Part shown: positions 1 to 11,567 of the stretch, one piece after another | Position numbering within the stretch: the first letter of the stretch is position 1 | How the letters are laid out: the number at the start of each line of letters is the position of its first letter | From: Takakia lepidozioides | Lineage: Eukaryota; Plantae; Bryophyta | Direction: 5' to 3' | Assembly (NCBI GenBank): GCA_030704615.1 | Contig: CM060731.1 | Span: forward strand, 61,690,001 to 61,754,000 | Length of the DNA stretch: 64,000 nucleotides | The notes under the pieces: generated by a model | What the model saw: only the letters and a program-made list of their open reading frames with translations | Told to the model about the DNA's origin: nothing | Databases searched by the model: none | Program-made: the position numbers and the translations under genes

Positions 1-783
1 CTGGTGCTTTCTTGACCCATTGTGGATGGAACTCTATCCAGGAGGGTCTTAGGGCTGGCATCCCCTTCCTTACTTGGCCAGTGCAGGCAGACCAAATGCT
101 AAACGCCAGGTAAGGATCCTATTGAGAACCCTTTACAGTTTTATTTAATGAGCTTTTGACAAGTCTTTTGAAGGTAGACTTAGCAGGCCACTGTGATGGT
201 TGTCCACCCAGGACGAGCAGGAAGAAAATGGATATAAGTGTGGGTGTTGGAAAGCTGGCAGAGTCACAAGGTACACAGATAGAAGCAATTTCAGCAGGTG
301 TTCCGGGTACGGGCCTGTAGTAATCTGCCTAGTTGGAAGTCATCCCTGTTGCAGCATTAGTCTAGCTAATAGCTCTTCCCAACCCACGCAAGTGGAAGGG
401 GGGAGGGTATTGGCGAGTCTGCATTGTTAGTCGTTGTATTGTGCATTGCTTTTGTGATTGGACACTATTAAGTGGTCAGAGGTGAAAGCTTGGTCAAGAG
501 TCTCCTAGTTACACACCCACCATGCCTGTGTTGCAGAGTACTACAGGATCTGAAGGTGGCTGTAGAGATGCGAAAGAGACCAGATGGACTGGTGGATAAG
601 ATGGAGGTTGAGAGGAATGTGAGGCTTTTGATGCAGGAGGAAGAAGGTAAGGCTGTGCGACAGAGGATGATGGAACTGAAGATCTCTGTAGGAAACGCTT
701 TGGCAGATGGGGGGTCCTCACTGAGGAATCTGGAAGTATATGTTCAACATCTTAGGACACTGAAGCCGCTACAAATTCACTAA
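1..783 (+). CDS. UDP-glycosyltransferase (GT1/UGT), 3' part; exons <1-109 and 537-783
   Basis: Frame from nt 3 reads [36 protein letters not shown], the C-terminal half of the PSPG box. GT donor at 110, AG acceptor at 535-536. The last exon ends with the typical UGT tail ...[17 protein letters not shown], stop at 781-783. Confidence 0.93.
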
Positions 784-1456
784 AGCTTTGATCGCAAGCA
801 TTCTGGAGAAAATGCTGTTGGATGCAGAGCATACTTTTCAGACATTTTGTTCACACCTCTCCAGAAAAGAAAGCACCATGTTCCCCGGCACTGATTTGGT
901 AGAATGCTTTGCTGTCTGAACTTTGTACCCTTTGACGGTATCCAAGTGAAGAAATGAGGAATAAAATCTGTTTCCATCAAGATGAAAGATGGATTTTTAA
1001 TCTTAAGTCTGCCAATTTTACCTTGTGTTGGGCATGCAAGTAGTCAAGGCCTACACCATGGATTTTGCCATTGCTACAAATGTAGAGCATACTAGCACTC
1101 TTCAGGCTTCATATTTCAGGAGTAGCAGGGAAATGACAATGTTCATCAACTGCTCCAAATCCAGTGTAGTAACTTGACAATTGTACAATTGAAGTTGATG
1201 TACGTCAATTTCAGATACAAAACCTCCCTTCATGTGCACCCACACCTTTATCTTGTGAGACAACATAAGTACAGTTGTCACGCATCAGAATAATTCACAC
1301 TCCCTAATTGGTTCAAACAATGAAATTCATGAAAGTTCGAACAGATGGGAGTAAGCAAGAACTAGGCCAAAAGGTTAACTACAACTGTGTATCAATTCAA
1401 TCTGTAAAGGTAGGATAAGTGCAGTACAAAAATGAACAGATGTGGATAAATATCCA

Positions 1457-4400
1457 TCACCGTTGAATAAAACCTTCACTATACTCCTCATTTTCCCCAC
1501 TTAAGTCAATGTCTCGTATCAATGACCCCTGCGAAGATGGTCGTCTAGTAGTAAGCTTGGTTGTTTCAAGGGCATCCTCCCCTGTACTACTTCGTCGACT
1601 GTCTTGCTCAGTATTTCGTCGGTTGTCTTGCCCACTCAGCCATCGGCTGTCGTGCTGACTGCGCTCCTGGACTTGTGCACTAGGCATGCGGGGGTTGAAC
1701 TCAACGCTGTCTTTCCGCTGCCCACGAGGTTGAGGGGGCAACCCCATGTCAATGGTCCGATAGTGAGCTCCAGGCACATCAAGTGGTGACATGTCATAAG
1801 GTTGTGCAGACTGTGCATCAAAGAGCAGCGGACCACCCATGACATCACCAGAACCCCCAACTTTCAGCCCCTTCTTCCCTAGCTCAGCTGTGGGGCTTGA
1901 ACCCTCAGATGATGAAACACCTGGAGAGTTGGCCGAATCGTCCAGCTTGTTGGAGAAATATGGATTCTTTGCCTTCCGCAGTGTCTCCATCTCTTGCCCA
2001 GTGGGGACAAATGTGCGTGCCCGATATCGCTTGGGGGCCTCCTGGCTGCCATCACTGTAGAGCACATACTCGTGGTACGTGGGTGCAAACTGCAGACAAC
2101 GTGACAGTCTTTCTCAATAGCCATTGACTATTTTGCAGAGTTATGATGAGCACACTGATCTTTAAGACTCCACGTGAGCAAGCTGCAAATGAGTATAGGG
2201 CAGATTGCCTAAGCATACACAGGAAAGATAATGATTAATTCAAGCTAGTAAGAGAGCTTAGAATTTATGGACCAGAGATCACAAATGGTTGAGTCCTAAG
2301 CTCTGAACCCCCTGACATCACACATGGTTAGATCTATGAAAATCCTAAGCTCTGAAACTGCAAAAATAAAGAAATGTAGACATCTTCAGACAAGGTCCCA
2401 CGCTGTGTCGCCGCAGTCTCATCCCATTTAGAAGGCATGTACATACCCAGGACGATTTCATCTGCAGAGAGCAACTTCATGAGGCTCATACCAAAGCAGA
2501 ACCATTGTAAACACTCTGCATAGCAAAAGCTACATCCATGCCTGAAATATTGTACCTGATGCATGGTGTCATAGACGACATCAGTGATGTTGAGAGCATG
2601 GAAGATGCTATTGACCAGCCCCCCCTGAACTCCAACATTGGCCTCTGCATAATCCTTGTAAGGGAAAGCAAACAGATGCGCCACAGCTGCTGCAAGCATC
2701 TCGACACAAATCAAAATGTTTTGCACATCTGCAGCTTCATCTGAACTCTTTATAACACCAGCCTCTGATAAGAGAAAGACCCCTAATCCCTGCAAGCACA
2801 CAAAACCAAGTGGCAAAAGAAATAGGTTCAATTTCTTGGGATCGAAAACACTGTTTGATGCAAATTAGCTAGAGAAACGACAGCTGGTTAACAAAAGAAA
2901 GTTGCTGACAATGTGATCTAATCTTCTCTCGCAGTAGCTGGGCCCTGTTAGTTGAAGAACTACTTTGGTGGCTACCATGGAAGTAGTCAAATGATCAAAT
3001 CACCTGCATACCGCTAGAAGCCATCAAAGCATAGCTGACAAAGCTAAGAATGATGACCCATTCAAAGAGTCCACTAGTTCCAGGTACATCAAACAAGGCT
3101 TGGTAGTTGAACATGCAAGTGATTCTCCATTCAAAATAGCTCCCTAAGCTTGAGAGGCAATTGATGGCTATACCAGGCTTCCTTTCTATACCTAACGGCC
3201 TGTCCACGTTAAGGTCACCCATAACAGGTTTTTTGGTCAAAATTCAAGCTTAGTTTTTGTTACCCGGTGGGATGAACCTTCAAGGATATAGCATTTGAAG
3301 GGAGTAATCAATCAGCTCAATCCTGTTTCATCTTCTTCCACACACAACCATCAAAAGCCACTGGTATAGTAATCAATCACAAGTCCTATAGGGTGGAAGC
3401 CATACTTGCCAGTAGGTCAAAAATACGACAGACTTGATGAGCACAAACTTGGGTAAGGGCCTAAAAGGACGCAACAGGTCCTTGCAGGCCACGTAGAATA
3501 GCACCAGCGCACCAAGGGCCCCCGTATAGGACAGTGTATAAATCAGTGTTATGTACAAATACCCGCCACTGGCTGAGAAGCTCCCATCTTCATACAAGTG
3601 GTAGTAAAACAAGACAAAGGCTGCCAACACCAAAATTGGCTTTAAAATCACAAATTGCAGGACCCCTTGCTTACACCGCCGAATAAACCGCCTGCAAAGA
3701 TCATTCTCATCATTTAGTGCTTACACGTTTTTATCAATTATCATTTCCCTCAAGCCAAGAAGATGCCCTGAACGCAAAAACCACCTCCAGAGCCCCTGCC
3801 TCCAGGGAATCAACTCTACTTGTTAGATGCATCTTTTCTACAGAAGGAACAAGACAGGGAAAGGTGAGAAAGACAAACCCATCAAGGGGGATGGCGTCAC
3901 AGCAACAAGTCATGAGGTGCCATGAAGGCTTCAACAAGCGGCCATGAAGACTGGTCACCACCGCGCCCGGGCCACCAACCCACGCAAGACACAACGACAG
4001 GAAATTGTAGATCACCCACGCTTCATAGCTGCACACGTAGATCCCCACATTTTCCCAGCATTTCAAGCCGTTTCACTTCCTATCATGAGAGCAAATAGCC
4101 TAAGTCAAACCCTAAGCAGCAGACATAAGCTCTTGTGAGGGCACCTGAGGTACCAACCATACAGATTGCTAGGAGTGTCCTCACTGAGGTCACCAATGCA
4201 AGCTGAGGCTGGTCTACAGACTTTATTCAGAGGTCTACTACAAAGAGTTGACTGTTGAAACTGTATCCTAAGCTGTGCTGCTACTCTCAGCTAAGCTTGC
4301 AGTTCGATTTACCTTCTGATTGCAATATACAGGATCAATTTGTTCACGTATGCAGGATCATACGAATGTCTAACCGGTAACCTCCAGACAGCTGACCCTG

Positions 4401-5472
4401 GCTCTTAAGACTTGGAAGTTACAATGTTACAATGAGCAGCCCGAGTAGAGTTCATTAATGCAACCATCAATTGCAACAGTTAAGTCAATAGATTTCTTCA
4501 AGACCAGCCACCCATCAGCCAATCATATACAAGTAGAATCCTTGGGAGGTGGATCTGGCTTAATTTTGGCTTACAAGGGATAATCAGATGTGAGACCCTT
4601 AGTGGTCTTTTTGAACCAGTCATATGGCTGTCAGAGCAAGCATACAAGGACTCCATGTCATTGTAATCCATTAAACTTCATTTTTTATTGCCTTTTCAGA
4701 TAGCTGATATTGAAGACTGCTGCAACAGTTCGGAGGCACTTACATGCCACAGATGGAATTGAAGATGATTGCTTTCTGTGGCATGACCAATGCCAAAAAG
4801 GACATCAATGCATACACCTGCACCCACACATCTTGTCCATTAGGCCCACAAGTCACCAGATCACGCTACCAATAACATGGCTGCTAAATCGAGTAACTTC
4901 CAATCTCATGTAGAACCAGCGCTAACCCAGGGCTTGGTATCAGGATGCCCTTAAAGAGAATACTTTAAGAGCATCCTCTGGGCACCCCAAGGTCTTTCTT
5001 GGCAGGAATATGTGACCTGACGCTCGTTTGCCTAAATTCGTTCCTAGTGTCCACCGGGCAAATTATCTCTCCAACCCAATTTCAGACCCATCGACACTGA
5101 TCATGTTTGATTTATTAAAATGGAGTTCAATGAGATCTTCCTCTCTAACTAGCTAATTTGGTCAGCTACCATGAGTAAGACTTGAAAATCAGAACCGCCC
5201 CAGACCTGTCAGTATTAAAGTCACTCCATACGAAAACGAGGGTACAATCTCTTGGAGAGACCATAATGATGCGTAAGAGAGTAGATAAGAAAGTACATGC
5301 TGGAAACAAAAAGGAAATTACTTACAGGAATCATAAAGATGATGCGAACAGTATAGCGCTGGTAAGTGGGCTCCGTGTAATTGCAAAGATGATGGTAAAT
5401 GTGCCATAGGGCCAATCCGCAGGCCCCGCAGGTACAAACCAATGCAAGTCCAATGGCATATATGCCTGCCAT
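1457..5472 (-). CDS. LAZ1-like / TMEM184 (organic solute transporter Ost-alpha, DUF300) membrane protein; exons 5472-5326, 4817-4744, 4028-3879, 3691-3406, 2789-2556, 2089-1457
   Basis: The spliced frame with GT-AG introns gives the family motifs HIYHHLCNYTEPTYQRYTVRIIFMIPVYALMSF, YEAWVIYNFLSLCLAWVGGPG, GRFIRRCKQGVLQFVILKP, LPKFVLIKSVVFLTYWQG, QNILICVEM..AHLFAFPYKDY and DTMHQFAPTYHEYVLY. Confidence 0.93.
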
Positions 5473-6385
5473 AACCCCACCCCTGCTGGGATAACCCTAA
5501 TACCTACAGCTGCAGTAGCCCTGTAGACAATGGATCCACGGCCTCCATGATTCCTATCAATCAAACATAAAACTCATCTTCCATTTCTCTCTTCCCCTGC
5601 TCTCTCTTGCCCCTGTCACTTTTCCTCCGCACTCTACTCACCCAACATTCCAAAACAGTCTAAGCCCCTATAGCGTGTGAATCTTCCAAACATATACATA
5701 TCTGCTCTTCATCTCCGCAACATTCTGCTGAATTGGGTGGGAAGCAGACAGATCGCGAATGCGGCATCGATCCAGCCGGCAAAGCCGGCCAAAGCGGGAA
5801 GAATGCCAGCTTCCCTTCGCACGTGTGATTCGGCTCCAATATATCCAGATCCCCAAAAGCCTGACTTATTTGATTTTTCTCAATTTGTTTCCTCCTAATA
5901 ATCCCAAATGAAGTTTACAGGGGCGGCTCAGGCTGCCAGCACCAACCCCCCTTTCAAAAGAATAAAGTAAAAAAGCGAATAATGTAAGATGTAATAATGT
6001 AAGAACTATTTTCTTTCCGGTCTGCCCTTCGGACTCCCGGTCAGCCCCGCCACCACTAAACCCTGCCTCGAAGATCCTCTGGTGGTGTCTGCGCAGGAAT
6101 GCGGAGACAGGGAAGAGAGAGAGAGAGATCGTCGGTTGTATTGAAGGGCGGGTGTTCTTTTTTTCGATATTTTCTACGAGGGTTTTGCAGGATATTTTGT
6201 GACACCACTGAAGGAATTGATCTGTTCATTGTGGAGCCGGGATTGTCGATGTCCTGAATGTAGGTTTTGCAAGTTTGGCAACAGGGTTGTTGCGGGAAGT
6301 GGTGAAGGCGAGATCAGCTTTGTCAACTTGGGCACTGATCTCTTCCTGGGATTCAACGGCTGGTTGGGTTGTACTTGGGAGAAAG
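5473..6385. promoter_or_regulatory. Shared divergent promoter / 5' UTR region between the LAZ1-like gene and PAC2
   Basis: The two start codons (5472 on -, 6386 on +) are only ~0.9 kb apart and head-to-head. CT/GA-rich tracts lie at 5581-5640 and 6111-6128. Confidence 0.5.
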
Positions 6386-9046
6386 ATGATGTTCGTAAGG
6401 CCAGGCGGTGATGGGCGTCTGCATTCTCCTTCTACTTTGATCCTGGTAATTGATTACTCCTTCTCCTTTGTGTACAATTCTGGTATTTAAAGTTGTCGTG
6501 TATCTGGGGTATCCCACTGATAACTTACTTTTGGGAGGCATTACCGCTGTAATCAATGCAACCAGAGCACCGGTGAAATAAGTTGATATGCATGGGAATG
6601 CGTCAATTTTGAGCAAGTGTTAGAAGTGGGAATGTATCGGGGTTAGTCTCGCATCAGAATTGAGAGACTTGCAGTTGTTTTAATCCTCAACTTGGCCAAT
6701 CCCATTTTGTCGTCATCTTGTTTCTATCGGCGAGAATAAAACATTCAGAATGTCAGATGATAGCAAGACACTACCCAAGTACTCTGTGGCTTTGTTGTTT
6801 CTGCAGCCGGCTCTGTCCATAGGAAATGCAGGTCAGCTGGCAGTAGACCTTCTCATTTCCTCTCTTGCATTGTCAAAAGCTGGATATCTGGATGAACCAC
6901 ATGTGTTACCATGCGTTGGAAATGATCCTTTTGGCCCCACAGCAGAAGGGAAGTTGACGGTTTCCCTTGAAGGTTAGTACCGTCATGGCTGCCATTGAAC
7001 TTCTCTGTTGCCTCGTATCTGCTGTTGTGGAAGGCAAATGAGTGGGTTAATCTCACGCAGTATAAGAATTATTTTATACCAACAAGTACGGTAGATCAGA
7101 CAACTTGGGTCCAGGGCAGCCTCACTGTGTATATTCATGTTGATCTAGTTGTAGACCCTATACTTGATTGTCTGGTTTTTCCTTTGTTGATGTGGATAAG
7201 TGCCAAATCCTCAATGTCAAAGTTAGGTTTCTAATATGAAGAGGTTTCGGGAACTGGACAAGGACTCTCAGTGCTTCTATACACTAAACATCCGCTCTGG
7301 GTTGTCAGTGTATGAAGATGCGGAGCAAGGTCTTAGCATTGTGCAGCAGCGAGCCCCTGTTGTCAAGGTTGTTACTCCCTCAGTTGTGCCTCTTCATCTC
7401 ATCATACTTTCCATCTTGTGTATCTCTTTGGAAATTTGCGTAGCGATGCTCATGGCTGTATGTGGCATGCCAATGCGACTGTCAACTCATGCAACCTATA
7501 GAAAGTTAAAACAGTAGATTCTGGGAATGGTTCAGTCTCTTGGGGTTTGGTCAGGCCTTCAAGGGCGTCGGTTTGTCTTAAACGTGGACAGGGGACAATG
7601 ATGAAGTATGCCAGCAATGTGGCTGACTGGGCAGTTGCTGAGGGGGTGAAAGAAGTCATTATTCTCTCTGGCTTAGATGCTGGCAAACGCAAACAGATGG
7701 ATCTGTATTTCCTCCACCCTCTCCCTCATTTTCTCTCTCTCCATCTACAATGTACTTCTGTTTTTCCCATTTAAGTCTTACCTACGTGTTGCCCCTTCAT
7801 AGAGGATGCTGCCATTACGCTGTAGGGATATATGGTCCCTTTGGGGCCTCCTTGTTAGTCGCCACATGTAAGTGTCTCAACACTGAGAAGGAAAGGAACT
7901 CATTGATGACTGGTCAAACTATTGTTTTTGGCTCTTAGGTGAGAAGTACTAGATAGCACTCAGTGCACACTCAGCCCCATCTAATGAAAGAGATGTAGAT
8001 TGTACCGGTCTAGTACTGCCTTAGCATGTAATGTGGGAGCACCATTTTTCAAATAGACAATTGAATTGCTCAATTTTGGATATGAAGTAAGGGTTGGTAT
8101 GTAATCTATATGTGTGCTTGACCACAGCCCACCGATTCAATACATATCAACAGCTAATACGGACGGCTCTGATGTGCGCTGTGAGCGACTGGGATGGAGA
8201 CGTTTGGAAGGGTACTCATCAATAGATGCCGTATTGACCTCAGAAGAAGCTACTACAGACGAGATGTACTACCTACAACTACCGTTCTCCTCACTTTTCT
8301 CCTGTTGCAAGGTAGGGTTTGCCACTATGCATTCGAGGGTTTATTTTATTGGGGTTAAGAATAGCTGTCTTTTCCTTGGATTGCCATGGTTGTAGGCTTG
8401 TAAGGCAGGAACCTAGAATCTAGTCACCAGTCCTAGCCAAATTAGGTCATCAGCAATTTACTGGGGTGATTAAGTAACATGCCTTTGTAGATTACACTCT
8501 GGTTAAAAATCCCCACCTAGGACTTCCGTCAGTTGCTTGTGGGTGATCACCCACAGCTTTTCAATTATCGACTCCCTGTATGAAGGCCCTAATAAGAGCA
8601 GGACCCCCACAATATGGCTAACTTGGAAGTTGTAGATTGTTGCAGGCTCGAGGATTGAAGGTTGTGTGTGTGCTCTGCTTTTGTGCTGAGGGGGACAATG
8701 TGCCTGATGCCTTTGTCATGGCCGACGGGTTACAACGCCTTCTGCATCCTGCAAACAGTGAATCCCATGGTCATCTCTTGCAACTGAATTTTGAGTGGAT
8801 GCCTTTTTCATCGCAATCTCAAATGCTAGTCACATGAGTTTGTGGCTGGGTTTCAACTATTTCTAATGTCAAATTAGTAGCAGTTTGGACATGACCTACC
8901 CCAATACTGCAAAACACTTCTCACTCAAGTTGCACATTGCTGATAGAAAATGGGTTGGTGGTGCAGGGGCTGGCAATGAGTGGAAGATCCCCTTGTCTTG
9001 GACAACAGTCTATGGCCCGCCACCTGACGATAGCATGTTTTGCTGA
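6386..9046 (+). CDS. PAC2: Proteasome assembly chaperone 2 (PAC2/PSMG2); exons 6386-6445, 6807-6972, 7309-7367, 7592-7704, 8128-8311, 8646-8769, 8967-9046
   Basis: The spliced product reads STLIL|PALSIGNAGQLAVDLLI...GYLDEPHVLPCVGND...LE|VYED...QQRAPVVK|G...EVIILSGLDA...LCFCAEGDNVPDAF...WKIPLSWTTVYGPPPDDSMFC*. All introns are GT-AG and phase-compatible. Confidence 0.92.
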
Positions 9047-11567
9047 GCAAGCTCAATCCTTGCATAGAAAGCATTAGTCTTTCAGGAGATACAGTATATA
9101 TATGTGATTTTGAGAAAAGATCAAAGTCTTCATGCACATAAACCGGTACTGTACTTCAATGGCTTGAAGCCACTGTAAATTTGTAGGTCTCACTGCACAC
9201 AAAATGATTTCCATTGTTAGGATCAGGTGAAGCACTTCGACACCAGAGCTCTGATGGCCATCAGATGCATCAAATCTATCCACAGTGCATGCACCTATTA
9301 AATGTGAGCTATGCAGTGCTTGATAGCCATAAAGTTTTCATAGGGCTATGGTGAAGGTAAGGTTCTCAGATTAGAGTTCACCTGTGCGACTGGGCTGTAA
9401 TTTGCATTTACATCTCCCTCCATCACACACTTTACCACTTGGATATGGAGCTGCAGTCTTGACCATGTCCAAAACATTCGAATTGAACGAGTCCTCCATT
9501 TACTGGAATCTCTGAAGAAGCAGTCCTCTTGCCCATGTACTGTGCATGTTTAGAAAATTCTTACAGTGCAGTCTTAGATGGATTATCCATCCCTATCTCT
9601 GAAAAATGTATTGTACATCGAACTTGAAAAGTCCAAGGTCCGAGAGGTACGTCTCTGCAACATTCTGATGCGAGGTCGCTCTCTCTTCATGCTTTCATGC
9701 TTTGATGTCTGAGTATGTGCTGCTTGGTTCGATTACGCCTAGGCATCCCTCAGAGCAGCAGCACAAAGGTTTCGGAAAAAGAATTGAAGGAGCAGCAGCT
9801 GCAGAAAGGGTTTGGCAAAAGGAATGAAGAAGAGGCAGCCACTGCTGCGCATACAGTAATAGCATGGCACCCACATGGTCTCAAAGCATGTCCGCAAGCC
9901 ATGTTACGCTCGTAGCAACTAGCAACCCTGGGTGCCAGTCTACGCTCCTATGTATTCACATCGCGGTGCATTGAGATTTGTTTCGAACAGTTTGAAGACA
10001 ATTGAGCTGCAATTGAGAGCAATGATAGAGGAGGAGGAGATTTATGGGCGGGACAATGAGCAAGTAGGCCATTCGAAGAGAGAAAAAATGAGTGCCCATG
10101 GTCAGCAATGCTCGCAGTCGGCAAGGCAGTGCCCAGCACTGGAAACATTCCTGACGCCGGATTAGGGGTGCGGAGGAGCTTTGGAACCAATATTTTGCAA
10201 ATCCCAATCGAGACTGGGACAATCCAGGCAATAAGGTGAATATCTCTTCTCTTCCCGAAGAAAGGACAATAGTCGACGCAATGTCTCGCAAAGTTATTAT
10301 AGCTCTCTCTCTCCATCTCACACTGCAACCATATTCCGATGTGTGTCACTTCTGTCGCAAGCTAGAAGCCTGGTGGAGCAGTGCTAAATCAAACTCATGC
10401 TTTCTGGATGCCAGCGCATCGATCTACAGTCAACTCACCGTGACTGCAGTGACAGTCACATTTAGCTCAATTTGTGCAAGCAACAGCGCTAGAGGAGCAG
10501 TGCTGGAATTGGAGCTCATTCTTTCTTGAGGGAGATTATCCCGAGGGAGCGAAGTCGCCATGTCTAAGGCACTTTCTCCCTTTTTTCCACTTCTGTGATG
10601 TGCAACTGAACAGTTTCGTCATGTCTAAGGCTGACGTAGCACTGCTGTGATGAACATAGTGCTGTCTACCATGAGGTCAATGCCACCCTTACATCAGCAC
10701 CCGCTTCCTTGCAGACTGTTTTGTTCGGTTGGCTGAGCAGTGTGACACTTTTTGCCTACTTCACAAAACCCTCTGGGTTTGAAACCCCATGAACGACTCT
10801 GCGAGGTTTATATTTTGTGGGGATGGTCCTGCAAGCATTGTCTCTCTTCGCCCATCTCCCATTGTCAATTACAGTTTGTGGCGAGGGGTAAGGATGTATT
10901 CATTTTGTGGTGAAGGCAGGGAAAGCTGAAGGAGGCAAGGGTGGAGTGTTCGTGCAGATCCAGCCTCGAGGACCAAATTTAAGCACAAGAGTATGGATGA
11001 AGCACTGTGGATTGAACTCTGCAACAGGCCTGCTTGGGTAGTTGGTCAATTGGACAAGCTGGAAGCAGCTAGGCAAAACCCAGGTCTGCAGTGAGCTCTG
11101 TTGCAGGAGAATTATGAGGGCATTTCCAGTATGACAGTCTCTTCTACTTCACCGATGCAGACCTCGTGGACTTCTGATCTTTCGTTTTAGTTGCATGGAT
11201 TAACGTGCTGAGTACTCTCATCAATTTTCAAGCAGGGAGGCAGCAAGCCACCCTTTGCATATCCCAAGGAGCAGAGTCCTTTTACTTTTGAATGATACTT
11301 CTCTCTTCAGACAGAAATGGAGCAGAACAATTGGGTGATGCACGGCATCTCAGCTAGTCTGAATTCATACGTTCGTTGCAAGCAAGTACCTTCATGTTGT
11401 GGTGTGGAAGGGTTACTACGAAACAACACTATCTATTCTGCCTGGCAATTCGTAAGAAGGAGGCCGTCTTCGTGAAGAGATCTGTCTTCGAAGCATGCAG
11501 GAGCTTTAAGATAATTCTATGAGTTTTAGTGTCAAGGTTTGCAACTAAAAGTTTGAAGTCATGCAGG

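Noticed and set aside
9715-10560. Several 66-133 aa ORFs on both strands between PAC2 and the PPR gene
   Set aside because: No recognisable motif, overlapping frames, stops on extension; treated as chance ORFs or UTR.
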